From a virus (Duplodnaviria; Caudoviricetes), in IMG/VR virus record IMGVR_UViG_3300036668_000250, positions 1-61,290 of that record: DNA of 61,290 nucleotides; one strand, 5' to 3'. The translations under genes were made by a program, and so were the position numbers. Positions 19,517 through 40,797 of the stretch are shown here, one piece after another. The notes under the pieces were generated by a model that was not told where the DNA came from, ran no database searches, and worked only from the letters and a program-made list of their open reading frames with translations. Within the stretch, counting starts at the first letter, position 1; each line of letters starts with the position of its first letter.

Positions 19517-20191
19517 ATGGCTTATACCCGTGGTGATTCAAAGCAGATTATCGTTGGCGCAGCAGCAATGTTCGTGTCCAATACTGCTGAATTCGATCCA
19601 ACTAACGCAGATCCAGCACTTCCCGATTTCGTAGCAGGTACTTCATACCGTGATACTCTTCAGGACTCTGCCATTGTGCGTAACGTTGGTTACACTATGA
19701 ACGGCCTTGAACTACAGTTCCAGCCAGATTTTGGTGAGGTGCAGGTTGATCAACTTCTCGACGTTGCTAAACTATACAAGCAGGGAATGCAGGTTAACCT
19801 TGCTACTGCTTTTGCAGAGGCAACCCTAGAAAACCTTCTTGTTGCTCTAGCAGCAGCAAGTGGCGACCTAAACGAAAACGTTACAATGGACAACCCCATT
19901 GAAACTGGTTCAACAAACTATGCAGACGTTCTTGAACTTTCTTCAGGTAACATTGGAGAATGTCCCGTAGAGCGCGGTCTTATTGCTGTTGGCCCAGGCA
20001 CCGGTGACTGTGAAGCAGGAAGCACCCTAGAGAGAATCTATGTTGCTTACAGAGCACTTTCAATTGAAAATGTAACTGTTTCTGCAAAGCGCGACGAGGC
20101 TTCTATGTTTGAAGTTTCTTTCCGCTTGCTACCCGCTAACAATGGTTCATACGGTAAGATCGTTGACCGACTTGTACCAGCATCTTCATAA
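19517..20191 (+). CDS. Major tail protein
   Basis: IIVGAA, NVGYTMNGLEL..P....VQVDQ, AEATLENL motifs; RBS GAGGTGA; followed by terminator, chaperones and tape measure. Confidence 0.85.
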   Translation: MAYTRGDSKQIIVGAAAMFVSNTAEFDPTNADPALPDFVAGTSYRDTLQDSAIVRNVGYTMNGLELQFQPDFGEVQVDQLLDVAKLYKQGMQVNLATAFAEATLENLLVALAAASGDLNENVTMDNPIETGSTNYADVLELSSGNIGECPVERGLIAVGPGTGDCEAGSTLERIYVAYRALSIENVTVSAKRDEASMFEVSFRLLPANNGSYGKIVDRLVPASS

Positions 20192-20213
20192 TTAAATAAT
20201 AACTAAATAAGGC

Positions 20214-20240
20214 AAGGCCCCGTCGAAAGGCGGGGCCTTT
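20214..20240 (+). terminator. Intrinsic terminator after major tail gene
   Basis: AAGGCCCCGTC-GAAA-GGCGGGGCCTT stem with GNRA loop. Confidence 0.75.
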
Positions 20241-20282
20241 GCTGTGCTATACTTTACTTGCTAGCAAACAGGAGGATAATAA

Positions 20283-20615
20283 ATGGCAACCAAAGTAGTA
20301 GAAACAACAAGCGTAGAACTTATTAGTGGCAAGAAGATTAGCCTTAGACCCCTAAGAATTTCTTTGCTTAGAGAGTTTATGGAAAAATTTGACGGCATAT
20401 CCGATGCAGCAACAGACAACACAAAGTCTATGGACCTACTAATTGATTGTGTTCAAATTGCTATGAAGCAGTATGATCCAGAATTAGCAGAAGATAGAGA
20501 GAAACTAGAAGATGAACTAGACCTTCCAGGTGTATATAAGGTCATTGAGGTAGCAGCAGGGATTCGATTTGATGACCCAAATCTCCTAATGGCGAGTCAA
20601 AGTGGTCGGACTTAG
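20283..20615 (+). CDS. Tail assembly chaperone (G-like)
   Basis: 110 aa between major tail and tape measure; RBS AGGAGG. Confidence 0.8.
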   Translation: MATKVVETTSVELISGKKISLRPLRISLLREFMEKFDGISDAATDNTKSMDLLIDCVQIAMKQYDPELAEDREKLEDELDLPGVYKVIEVAAGIRFDDPNLLMASQSGRT

Positions 20616-20992
20616 ACCTCGCCACTCTAGAGTCTGAGGCATTCCTTCTGGGCATATGGAAAGATTACGACGAACTAGAAAATAGTCTTTCCATACCAGA
20701 ACTTGTCGTAACACTAGAGGCTAAAAGAGAAAAAGAACACGAACACCATAGATTTTTGGCTGCGATACAGGGTGTCGATATTGACAAAAACTCTGGATCA
20801 GGTAATTCCAAGGGAACTCAAAAAGAATGGGATGACCTCAAAGCCAGGGTATTTAGCAAGGGCACTGCCTCTGATAGCAACGACATTACCTCTCTTCAAG
20901 GAACTAATGCGTCACAGGCAGGGTTCGGTATTGGGATGGGGTTGGAATATAGCGACATGAGAAATTCAACTCCTAAAAACCCCCTAGGTTAG
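20283..20992 (+). CDS. Tail assembly chaperone, frameshifted long form (GT-like)
   Basis: -1 frame reads ..SPNGESKWSDLDLATLESEAFLLGIWKDYDELENSLSIPEL..RFLAAIQGVDID..PLG*. Confidence 0.75.
20576..20582 (+). promoter_or_regulatory. -1 ribosomal frameshift slippery site C CCA AAT
   Basis: X XXY YYZ heptamer in the correct phase; -1 frame open to 20992. Confidence 0.75.
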
Positions 20993-21019
20993 TGTATAAT
21001 GTTATAGAGGTGCTATCAT

Positions 21020-31400
<10,381 letters not shown>

Positions 31401-31411
<11 letters not shown>

Positions 31412-32012
31412 ATCATACATGCAGGGCAGATATGCATTTTTAAAGGGCGGGACACGACCTCAGGCAATGCTGTGGGCCAATAACCCAGGCACAACACAAG
31501 ACTCTTATCATGTACCAGAAGGCGACGAAGGCAGTGACTTTATCATTGTTTCGGATCACAATAGATCAGAACTTTCTTTTTCTCAAAATAGAATTGAGAC
31601 ACGAGAAAGAATGCTTAACGGCAATATGAGGTCTTACTGGATCGCAGATAAATTAAATGTTTCCTGTTCGTGGAATAGGCTGCCATCTAGGTCCTTTGAT
31701 CAATCAGTAAGTTTTGACTCAGATGGCAAGGTTGTGGAAAGCAATTACACATCTTATACCGTAGACGGTGCTGCTGGCGGAGGAGACATGTTGTTTTGGT
31801 ATGAATCTCATCCAAATCCCTTTTATCTTTATCTGTCTTATGACAAATACAACTCTGAAAGTTTATCCGACAATAACAGGCTTCACACTTATGGTCAGAT
31901 CATAAAGGTTTATTTTTCTAGTTTTGATCATTCTGTAGAAAAAAGAAGCGGAATGTTAAATAGCAACGGATTTGACTTTTGGAACGTGAGCATTGCTTTG
32001 GAAGAGGCGTAA
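31401..32012 (+). CDS. Distal tail (Dit)-like protein
   Basis: Directly after tape measure; RERMLNGNMR..K..VSCSW..LP and WNVSIALEEA; GTG 31401 after AAGGAG. Confidence 0.65.
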
Positions 32013-35000
32013 TGTTTAATTCTGAAGAGTTAAGCCATCATTTACAGACATCTGAAACCATAGTAAACAAGTCTTTAATTTTTGCAGAGTGGAATTTGAA
32101 CGATCCAGAAAATATTAAAAGACTGGGAAACTACAGGTATCGACCAAGTTATTCTGCATCCCCATATTACTTAATACCTATGAATTATGATGACTATGAC
32201 TTAGGAAACTACTATACGGGGGCAACTGACTCAGACACAGTTATTGAGAGTGGGCTGAACAGTCAGGACGAACCAACTCTTTTTGTTGATAAAAAAAGAA
32301 AAATGGAAATGCTCTTTTCTTTAGAAGAATGCATTAAACCGTTTAGGCCAAGATCAGGGATCAACAAAGTTCTTTATCTTAATCAGTTTATAGATGATGC
32401 AAGGGGAAGCGGATCAAGAAGACCTAGATACTACATGGCCTCTAAAGATGATCAGTTCAAGTACTGGACCTCCTTTAGAACAGAAAAGGGAACCCCCACA
32501 CCCTATTCTGGTCAAACCGTCAGCAATGCAGAGTCGGAGATTGTTCGAGGGCTATCGTTTTATGATTCTGTCAGCAATAGAAATTATATAGAGGACGCTG
32601 CTCCATTTGTTGTGTATAAAGAACCTGTACCCACCAACAAAATAGTGATAAAAATGCAGACAAACACGGGCGAAGAAAATCTAGGAAACCTTAGGTATGG
32701 TCAACAGAAGACAATTGAAGATCCACTATACGGTGAAAAAAATAGGTCTACTCCTAAAAAATGGAGGATAGAGGTATTAAAAGAAAATTCATGGATTACC
32801 GCAATATCCTTTGATGAGCAGAGTGCCAGAAGAGACGGATCAGAAATAATTAAACATGATGGTTATCTTGAGGTTTCTTATGGGCTAAAGATACCAGAAA
32901 GATTTTCTCAGTTTAACTACCTTGGACAAATTTCTAGTGAGTCAATCCTTCCCGATACATCAGACCCTGGTGATGCATTCTTAATTAAAGAAAACGAAAA
33001 CTCCAGAGGAGTCATCTTTATATATGAAGATAACTCGTGGCAACAGTTTACTCCAGAGTATGGGTGGCAATTAACAGATGAAGAAATAAAAAATAAAACA
33101 CTAGTTGCTAAGGAGTTGTCCGACCCTGACTTCTTTGTAGAAAACAATATTGATTTTTTTAGAGAGTTTGAGTTTATAGACGGTATCAGAATTGTTGTTC
33201 AGACAATGAATAAAAAGAATTGTACCTTTGACCTCATAGAATTTTCTCCTAGACTATTTGCTGAAATCACAGAAAAAGTCAAAGAATTTTCTGTTAAAAA
33301 AACTATGGCAGATATGGGAAATAGTTCCCTGCCAGTTGACGGCCTTTACGCTTCAACGGGGTCAATTTCTTTAATGGACGAAGACTTTTCTTTTAATGAA
33401 AACAATGTTTTTGATATTGAAAAAAATAAAGGTAGTATAGTTTACAAATATCTTAACAAGAATATAAAGTTTATCTTTTATGAAAACATTAAGGATCAAG
33501 ACAATGATTTTTATATCCCGATCAAAACACTGTACTCTTCAGGATTGCCTCAAACGCAATCGCCATTGTCTAATGTTTCAGTAGACTTGAGAGACTTTTT
33601 CTTTTTTTTAGAACAGTCCAGAGCGCCACAACTATTCTTGACAGATATCTCTTTAAGTAATGCTGTTTTAATTTTATTAGACTTTATAGGATTTAGCAAT
33701 TATCAATTTAAAAGAATTACGTCAGAAGAAATAGTTATTCCATATTTTTTTGTTGAGCAAGGTCAGAATGTTGCAGAAGTTTTACAAAAACTAGCAAGAG
33801 CGAGTCAGACCACAATGTTTTTTGATGAGTATAATAACTTAAACATTTTTTCAAAAGAATACGTTTTGCCCCAAAACGAAGATGATCGTGAATCAAGCGG
33901 GTACATCCTGGGGGATATTTATGCAGAATCAAGCAATGATCAACTTTACAAGGTCATTGATTTTTTCTATGAAATAGAGAGCCTGCCCCCAGAACACTAT
34001 GATGGTGCCTTTATTAGTCATATAGATGACGGAATATACGTTTGGTCTGAACAAAGTATGCAATGGGTCAAGACTGATTTAGCGAAAAAAATATTGCAGC
34101 CTAACGTTATTGCCTTGTCTTCAGCAGAAAAAAGAGTTTTTAATGATGGACAAATTAACTATACAACAAGATATTTACAAAGATCTATTGGATCAACAAG
34201 TGCTGCTTTAAAGATAGATGAATATAAAAACTATATATACAAGCCAGTTCTTTTGTGGGAGGCTTCGGGCAGCACCAACAGGCAAACAATTAATGAACTG
34301 GCAGGGCAATCGTCTGGTTTAGTTTTGGGGGCTATCCCCCTTGGATCTAATTTAACAGATGCAGAACCCTACTCATTTAACAATGAAATATATAACAACA
34401 TTATCGATCTTGGAGAAAACGTTTATTGGACAACAAATTATCAAGGTTATTTTTACTCTTCGGGGGAAGTCATAAAATATGACGCAATAGAGTACTCCGT
34501 TTCAGGATTAAGTAAATCTGTTTGGATCTCTAGTAATCAGCAATATCAAGATTACTTTTCCAAATTGAAGTTTAATGGAAAAATGTATCCAACAGGACGA
34601 GTAAGAATTTACTGTCAGCCAGAGTTTGTGATGAATAACGAAGAGTTAAGGATCAAGGATGCAAGGCCAATTCTAGTAAATGGTAGAGGGCAATTCGGAA
34701 CCACCATTGTTTCACATTCGGCGGGAATAGATGAAGATAGTCACTGGAGGAATAATCAGAACGTATACGGGTCTATTCAGGAAGCGTCTTCCTTTTTGTT
34801 TGATTTTAGCAAGTACACAGGCTATCCAATAAATCTTGAAAACTCCAACTGTGGAAAAACAAAAGTTATTGGAGATAACACATATGTTGCAGACAACATA
34901 GCGCGGTCATCGTTAAGGCATGGTCTAATTAAAAACTTCTTGGCAGACAAAAATTTTACAGAGTCAGAATTAAGTTACAGAAAAACAACAGAGCCTGGGG

Positions 35001-36883
35001 CCATTCAATCGTCTGCTTTAGTTTTTTCGGGTCCAGAAGTTTCAGAAACCCTTGGAGCACAAAACTTTGTCTCCCATGTGTATAAAGATTTTTTTGATCA
35101 GAACAATGCATCAATTCCATACAAGCATTATGGAACAAGAATGAGAGTTATTGGAAAGGTAGAGTCTGGAACTAACAAGAAGCAAACTCCGTCAAACGCT
35201 TTTTCGGTATATACGGGTGGAGTTGATGTCGATGCTGGACAAGAAGCGGCTCCTGCTGAGCCACAAACCACAGAGCAATCTGTTTTTATCTACGGTGGAT
35301 CGGGAGGATTGGCGATTAATGTGGATAAAGAAAAAAACACTGGATATTATTTTGAAATTTTAGCATTAACCTCGGACACAATAGAAGACTACGTTGGTGA
35401 AAATAATTTAACAACTTCTACTGCAAGGATATCCTTAGAAACGCCTCCTCAAACAGTTAACACCCAAGTATATTGTTGGACAGAGGAAGAGTTTGATTTA
35501 GTGGTTGGGCAAACCATCGTGGTAACAGGGCTTACTGATGCCAATGATCCAGAGGACGACGGCACTTTGTTAAACGGAGAGTACATTGTGTCCTATGTTG
35601 CAGAAAATAAAAAATATTTTGCATATAATATTGGAGTTGAGTTAGACACAACGTCAACAACAGGGGGTAGAGTGTCAACGGTAATAGATGACGAAATTCA
35701 ATTGGCAAATGTATTTTTTTATAAAGTAGTTGCAGATGAAAATGGTAACGCAATTCCTTATAAATTGTGGACAGGGCTATCTGCAATAAATGTTGATTCT
35801 GGAGACTTTTACGGCCAGTCCAGAATATTTGGGGAGGCGGCTACAACTGTATACGATTTGGCAGCAGAGTACGTTAACTCTGGCTCTACAAGAACATTTT
35901 ACCTATACTTAAATGATAAGCAGGTGGCCGTTGTTGAAGACGTTGAACCGCTAGAAGAAAAAAATTCTGTTGCCCTTTTTGTAAGGGGGAGCAGTAAGTG
36001 TATGTTCGAAAACGTTTACGCTCTATCTCAAAACTATTCTCAAAACTCTGTTTTTTCTGTTCAGGATGGGGTGTCGGACGTCTTTGGTGATCAAGAGATA
36101 AACGTAACAGAAGCGTTTAGAAAATATTCAATAAGCGGAATTATTCAAAACACTTACTTGTCAGGAATAAGTTCTTTAGAAGATCCAAAATATAGAATGT
36201 ATTTTGAAGAATTTGGTTCAATAATGAGAGAGGCAGCATACTTTAATGTTCTTTACGATAGAGCCTTTCCTGCACTTTACGCAAAATTAATGAAAACTCA
36301 AAATCATCTTAAGGGGTATACGGTCTCTGGGTTCTATGCATGGTCATACGGCGCTGAGTTTTTAATATTTAATTCGACTGACTTTGCTATAGCGCTAGAC
36401 GACACCAGTGGGAATTATTTGAGAATAATGGGGGTGGCGTTTACGCAAAGTACAAGTAATACTATAAGTGTTGACGACTTGTATAAGAAAAGATCTAATC
36501 TATTAGACAACAGGCTGGGTAGTAGCAATGTCTTATCAAATTCATTAAATGTTGATCAAGAATACAATAGAATTAAAAACAGTAGGGATAAGTTTGGTAA
36601 GAATGATTTAATAATAGAAACCCCTTACATTCAGACTACTGACGCTGCTGAAGAAGTTTTTAGTTGGATCATAGATAAGGTGTCTAAGCCAAGACAAATA
36701 TTTGGAATAAAAACTTTCGGCACCTTCAATTTGCAACTTGGGGATATTGTTAAGGTAAAGTTGCAGAACAACGATGGGATAAACGTTTTGTCACAAGATG
36801 AAAAAAGATTTGTAATATATCAAATAGATTATTCTAGAAGCAACTCTGGCCTAGAGTTAACCTCCTATTTGGTGGAGGTGTAA
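32012..36883 (+). CDS. Large tail tip/hub (central fibre-like) protein
   Basis: ~1620 aa; VLQKLA..MFFDEYNNL hub motif and C-terminal IETPYIQ..LQLGDIV; TAATG-coupled start. Confidence 0.7.
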   Translation: MFNSEELSHHLQTSETIVNKSLIFAEWNLNDPENIKRLGNYRYRPSYSASPYYLIPMNYDDYDLGNYYTGATDSDTVIESGLNSQDEPTLFVDKKRKMEMLFSLEECIKPFRPRSGINKVLYLNQFIDDARGSGSRRPRYYMASKDDQFKYWTSFRTEKGTPTPYSGQTVSNAESEIVRGLSFYDSVSNRNYIEDAAPFVVYKEPVPTNKIVIKMQTNTGEENLGNLRYGQQKTIEDPLYGEKNRSTPKKWRIEVLKENSWITAISFDEQSARRDGSEIIKHDGYLEVSYGLKIPERFSQFNYLGQISSESILPDTSDPGDAFLIKENENSRGVIFIYEDNSWQQFTPEYGWQLTDEEIKNKTLVAKELSDPDFFVENNIDFFREFEFIDGIRIVVQTMNKKNCTFDLIEFSPRLFAEITEKVKEFSVKKTMADMGNSSLPVDGLYASTGSISLMDEDFSFNENNVFDIEKNKGSIVYKYLNKNIKFIFYENIKDQDNDFYIPIKTLYSSGLPQTQSPLSNVSVDLRDFFFFLEQSRAPQLFLTDISLSNAVLILLDFIGFSNYQFKRITSEEIVIPYFFVEQGQNVAEVLQKLARASQTTMFFDEYNNLNIFSKEYVLPQNEDDRESSGYILGDIYAESSNDQLYKVIDFFYEIESLPPEHYDGAFISHIDDGIYVWSEQSMQWVKTDLAKKILQPNVIALSSAEKRVFNDGQINYTTRYLQRSIGSTSAALKIDEYKNYIYKPVLLWEASGSTNRQTINELAGQSSGLVLGAIPLGSNLTDAEPYSFNNEIYNNIIDLGENVYWTTNYQGYFYSSGEVIKYDAIEYSVSGLSKSVWISSNQQYQDYFSKLKFNGKMYPTGRVRIYCQPEFVMNNEELRIKDARPILVNGRGQFGTTIVSHSAGIDEDSHWRNNQNVYGSIQEASSFLFDFSKYTGYPINLENSNCGKTKVIGDNTYVADNIARSSLRHGLIKNFLADKNFTESELSYRKTTEPGAIQSSALVFSGPEVSETLGAQNFVSHVYKDFFDQNNASIPYKHYGTRMRVIGKVESGTNKKQTPSNAFSVYTGGVDVDAGQEAAPAEPQTTEQSVFIYGGSGGLAINVDKEKNTGYYFEILALTSDTIEDYVGENNLTTSTARISLETPPQTVNTQVYCWTEEEFDLVVGQTIVVTGLTDANDPEDDGTLLNGEYIVSYVAENKKYFAYNIGVELDTTSTTGGRVSTVIDDEIQLANVFFYKVVADENGNAIPYKLWTGLSAINVDSGDFYGQSRIFGEAATTVYDLAAEYVNSGSTRTFYLYLNDKQVAVVEDVEPLEEKNSVALFVRGSSKCMFENVYALSQNYSQNSVFSVQDGVSDVFGDQEINVTEAFRKYSISGIIQNTYLSGISSLEDPKYRMYFEEFGSIMREAAYFNVLYDRAFPALYAKLMKTQNHLKGYTVSGFYAWSYGAEFLIFNSTDFAIALDDTSGNYLRIMGVAFTQSTSNTISVDDLYKKRSNLLDNRLGSSNVLSNSLNVDQEYNRIKNSRDKFGKNDLIIETPYIQTTDAAEEVFSWIIDKVSKPRQIFGIKTFGTFNLQLGDIVKVKLQNNDGINVLSQDEKRFVIYQIDYSRSNSGLELTSYLVEV

Positions 36884-36884
36884 T

Positions 36885-37655
36885 ATGGCTAATAAAAAAA
36901 AGCCACCAGGGTTCTCTACTCAAAAAAATATAATTAATCAGTCATATAAAGATGGCAAGATAACAAAAGAAGAGCGTGCCTTTTTCATAGAAGACTTGAA
37001 TATTTTTGCCTCTGATGGAAAAATTTCTGCGACAGAAAAAAATGCAATTGCTGAAGAAATAAATATTTCTCAAGGAATATTTCCTAAGCCACCCAGTGCC
37101 CCACCGCCACCGTCTTCCCCCACACCGCCTCCATCATCGCCACCCCCATCATCTTCAAGCCCGACTCCACCACCAGCCCCAGTGATTCCTGCAACTCCCG
37201 CGCTGCCACCTCAACCACCACCACCCGCGCCACCCGCTATTCCGTTGCTGCCTCAGCCAACCAGTTTTGCTGTAAAACAAGCCGACCCAGATATCATTGT
37301 TTTTGACGAAGCCATAGATCCAGATTTTATAGTTGAGTCATTTTTCGAGGAATTTGGAGGAACAGAGTTAATAAAAATCTCCAGGTCTGACCTTATCTTT
37401 TCTTCAAAAACAGATTTAATTAATATTAAAAATATTGAAGAAATTCAACAAATTTTTTCATCAAAAAACATAATTCCTATTAAGTCTGTTCAGAACAACT
37501 TTGCAAGGTACGGCATAGACCTTTTTAAAAGAAATGTTTTTTCTCCGTTCTTTGACGACAATGGCAACTTGATTATTGAAATAGGTAATGTTAGATCGCA
37601 TGAGGTTATTGACGTAGAGGTATTGCGTAGTGGTACAATTGACGAGGTGGGTTGA
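36885..37655 (+). CDS. Tail-module protein with long Pro/Ser linker
   Basis: 256 aa; two DGKI(T/S)..E repeats; Pro-rich tract ~37083-37260. Confidence 0.65.
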   Translation: MANKKKPPGFSTQKNIINQSYKDGKITKEERAFFIEDLNIFASDGKISATEKNAIAEEINISQGIFPKPPSAPPPPSSPTPPPSSPPPSSSSPTPPPAPVIPATPALPPQPPPPAPPAIPLLPQPTSFAVKQADPDIIVFDEAIDPDFIVESFFEEFGGTELIKISRSDLIFSSKTDLINIKNIEEIQQIFSSKNIIPIKSVQNNFARYGIDLFKRNVFSPFFDDNGNLIIEIGNVRSHEVIDVEVLRSGTIDEVG

Positions 37656-37657
37656 GT

Positions 37658-39025
37658 ATGATTACTAATGGTGGCAAAGAGTTAATCTCAAAATATCTTT
37701 TGGGCCAAATTGCAGAGTACGCCACACATATTTCTATTGGCGCGGGGGCAAAGCCACTAGGGGTTGCTGATGAATACCCATCGGCATCTGTTTTGCAAGT
37801 TAAAGAGCAGATGGATTTTGAAATGGCTAGAGTCCCAATCGTATCTCGTGGATTTGTCAATGATGCGGGGGAAATTAAAATTACCCTTACAGCAGAACTT
37901 CCAGTAGAAAATAGATACGATATAACAGAAGTGGGACTATGGTCAGCAGGATCAAATGTTATTGCATCGGGCTTTGACAGCAGGATTATTTTTACCTTCA
38001 ATGAGTCCTGGGAAAAACATGGATTGACCATTGAGCAAATACCAGTTCTGGATACCATAGGGCAATCAGGAGACATCACAACAACGGAAAACATTTTCTA
38101 CGTTTCTTCTAGTGACAGCACCCTAAGGAATAACTCAAGAGCATCTAGAAAAGAAGGGCCAAGGTTTTTAAATAATAAAATTATAATGCGTGGAGACACC
38201 GCCGACATCACTTCTAATCACGTTGAAGTTACAGGAGCGCAAATGTTTTCAAGTGTGACCTACTATACCGTGTCCTCACTTCCTGGTTTTTCGGTAGGAG
38301 ACAAGATAACCATATCAGGATGCTCTAATAGTATATTTAACTTTTCCGAAGCAGAGGTAATTTCTATAGTATCGCAAGGCTCAGATTATCAGATCGAAAC
38401 AAATAAGTCTAGATATGTAAGTAGTTTAGCCCCAGGTCAGGTAGGAACGGGGTCAATCACCTACTCTGGACCAGGACAGGCATGGGAAACAGGCTCTTGG
38501 ACAACATCATCAGGGTCTATTCACATGCACAATAACGCAGTTAACTTTGACATAAGCAACAACTCTCCTAACGATAAAATTAAATTAGCGATTTCTTTAA
38601 TCGACAAGACAGCCACTGCTGATTCAGGAGATCCAGATAATGTAAAACTAATATTTAATTTCTATAGAAACGAAGTAACAACAACTAGGGGATTTGCAAA
38701 AAAAGAAATATACATAGATGGATCGGAGTTTTCTGATTCAAGATATAGAGTCATAGAGATTCCAATTTCTGATCTCATTACTTCACCAGACTACACTTCT
38801 TATGAATCAAGGACTTGTACGGTTTTTGCTTCTGTAGAAAAAACTGGATCACCATCTTCTGACTACTATGTAGCCCTAGATGCTTTAAGGCTGGACAATG
38901 TGTCAACAAATAATCCTTTATACAAAATGATTGGCTACTCTGTTATAAAGGATAATGGGGAGCCTTTGGTCAAGTACCCCAACACAAACAATTATGTAGA
39001 ATTTAGATTCTCTCTGGGGATATAA
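37658..39025 (+). CDS. Minor tail/baseplate protein
   Basis: MITNGGKELISKYL..HISIGAG..FEMARVPI..ITEVGLW N-terminus typical of baseplate/fibre proteins. Confidence 0.65.
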   Translation: MITNGGKELISKYLLGQIAEYATHISIGAGAKPLGVADEYPSASVLQVKEQMDFEMARVPIVSRGFVNDAGEIKITLTAELPVENRYDITEVGLWSAGSNVIASGFDSRIIFTFNESWEKHGLTIEQIPVLDTIGQSGDITTTENIFYVSSSDSTLRNNSRASRKEGPRFLNNKIIMRGDTADITSNHVEVTGAQMFSSVTYYTVSSLPGFSVGDKITISGCSNSIFNFSEAEVISIVSQGSDYQIETNKSRYVSSLAPGQVGTGSITYSGPGQAWETGSWTTSSGSIHMHNNAVNFDISNNSPNDKIKLAISLIDKTATADSGDPDNVKLIFNFYRNEVTTTRGFAKKEIYIDGSEFSDSRYRVIEIPISDLITSPDYTSYESRTCTVFASVEKTGSPSSDYYVALDALRLDNVSTNNPLYKMIGYSVIKDNGEPLVKYPNTNNYVEFRFSLGI

Positions 39026-39028
39026 GAA

Positions 39029-40120
39029 ATGTCCAATAGCCTGTATTCTGTTGATCAGGAATTCACCTCTAAATTGTCCATACCCTTTAGCAATTTCAAG
39101 GAAGTAGACGCTTATGATAATATTTTTTTTATAAGGTTCAGAATATCTACTGAAGATAGAAACATCTCCTCATACTGGTCTCCAGTTTATTCAGTGGATT
39201 CAGATTTTCTTTATGAAAATGGTACATCTCAAGTGCCCGGAAAAATAAACCTTGAGAAGATAGGGGCTAATTCAGTAGACTTGTCATGGGATGAGGTTGT
39301 TGTTTATAAAGGAAGTAAAGATTTAGAGGTAGGGGTTATAGAAAACTATGATGTTTGGATAAGGTGGTCTGGATCATCTCTTGCGAATCCAAGCGACTGG
39401 ATATACAAAGAAAGAATTGGCACAACGTCAAATAACATCTTAATTCCAGAACACTACCCCTATCCAGTTTCTTCAAACGCTACTGGTGGAACCACTCTTA
39501 CTATTGAAACGTCTCTCACCATCCCTATAAACTTACAAGGACAAAAAATTATTTTTACAGCAGGTAAGGGAGAGGGAAATGAAAATACAATTCAGTCGAA
39601 CACCATTGGGAGCAACTCAACTATAACTCTTAAAAGTAATTTTCAACACGAAAATTCTTCTAGTACTCCAGACGTTACAACGGTATTTCAAATAAACAAT
39701 TATGGAGAACCAGAAGAACTTTTTGTAGAAGTTTATCGTCCAGGTAGGCCAGCACTAAGGCATGAAGGATCTTTAAGTATTGATCAAACACTTTCTGCAA
39801 AAGCGACCAAAGAGTATGGGGTGGTAGAGTCGGCAGGGCTTTCATTTTTAAATTCACACGGGTACGCAACGGGGTCTTCTGTTGTGTACTCTTCAGACAA
39901 CCCGATGATAGTGCCAGGAGCGGGTCTCCTTGCAAGTGGCCAAACTTACTATATAAGGTCTGATGAGTCAAATAAAATTGCCCTATATCCAACAAAAACT
40001 GATGCAGAAGAAAATACAAATCAAATATTTCTTGCACCAAGATCTGATATATCTGTGTCGGTTGGGTATTTAATAGGAAAAAGATTGTTGGCCTATGAAG
40101 GTAGCCTTCTGACGCTGTGA
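39029..40120 (+). CDS. Minor tail protein (FN3-like segment plus inserted beta modules)
   Basis: SVDLSWD..IENYDVW; HGYATGSSVVY..GQTYYI. Confidence 0.55.
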   Translation: MSNSLYSVDQEFTSKLSIPFSNFKEVDAYDNIFFIRFRISTEDRNISSYWSPVYSVDSDFLYENGTSQVPGKINLEKIGANSVDLSWDEVVVYKGSKDLEVGVIENYDVWIRWSGSSLANPSDWIYKERIGTTSNNILIPEHYPYPVSSNATGGTTLTIETSLTIPINLQGQKIIFTAGKGEGNENTIQSNTIGSNSTITLKSNFQHENSSSTPDVTTVFQINNYGEPEELFVEVYRPGRPALRHEGSLSIDQTLSAKATKEYGVVESAGLSFLNSHGYATGSSVVYSSDNPMIVPGAGLLASGQTYYIRSDESNKIALYPTKTDAEENTNQIFLAPRSDISVSVGYLIGKRLLAYEGSLLTL

Positions 40121-40137
40121 TGCGGTATAATTAGAGA

Positions 40138-40581
40138 ATGGCAAAAATACCGTTACCCGATAGAGGGCAGCCCCTAGACGTTACATATCTTTATCAAATT
40201 ACAAACGCAGTAAATGAACTAGCAGATTCAATATCTACTGCCACAGGAAAATACGCAACCATTGATAGTAGGGTTGCTGGAAAACAAAATTTTAAAATTC
40301 CTGATATCAGAATATTTGCAGGTTATGTGGATGTGGCAAATGCAGTAAACGTCAGCCCAGAAACAACCATAGAAAAATCAGTTGACTTCGGTTCAGCATT
40401 TAAGTATCCCCCCATAGTAGTCCCTGGTGTTGTAAACAACAACACTCAGTCTGCTGGAAACGACACTTCTGTTGTCGTTAGTTCTGTAACCACAACTTCT
40501 GCTAGTTTTAGAGTAAAATTTAATATCAGCGGTGAGGTAAGTGTGGGTGTAAATTATCTAGCAGTTGGAGTTCCCGCATAA
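40138..40581 (+). CDS. Minor tail protein with H-lectin/gp53-like C-terminal beta domain
   Basis: VDFGSAFKYPPIV..VSSVTTTSASF..VNYLAVG; leaderless start after TATAAT 40126-40131. Confidence 0.6.
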   Translation: MAKIPLPDRGQPLDVTYLYQITNAVNELADSISTATGKYATIDSRVAGKQNFKIPDIRIFAGYVDVANAVNVSPETTIEKSVDFGSAFKYPPIVVPGVVNNNTQSAGNDTSVVVSSVTTTSASFRVKFNISGEVSVGVNYLAVGVPA

Positions 40582-40605
40582 CGATTGTGGTATAATTTTT
40601 GAATT

Positions 40606-40797
40606 ATGTTGAAATGTAAAAAATGTTTTGGTAGAATGTTTATTGATAGAGCATTTACTCAATACAACCACTTAGAAACATTTTGCATTCGCTGTGGCGC
40701 AAGAAGATTTTATAAAGATTTTTATAATACTAATGGAGAAGCAGAGGCAATATGGCACATGGAGCAAATGAGGATGGCTCGCTCAATATCCCAGTGA
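40606..40797 (+). CDS. Small zinc-ribbon protein
   Basis: CKKC..CIRC; TGGTATAAT at 40588-40596. Confidence 0.7.
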   Translation: MLKCKKCFGRMFIDRAFTQYNHLETFCIRCGARRFYKDFYNTNGEAEAIWHMEQMRMARSISQ

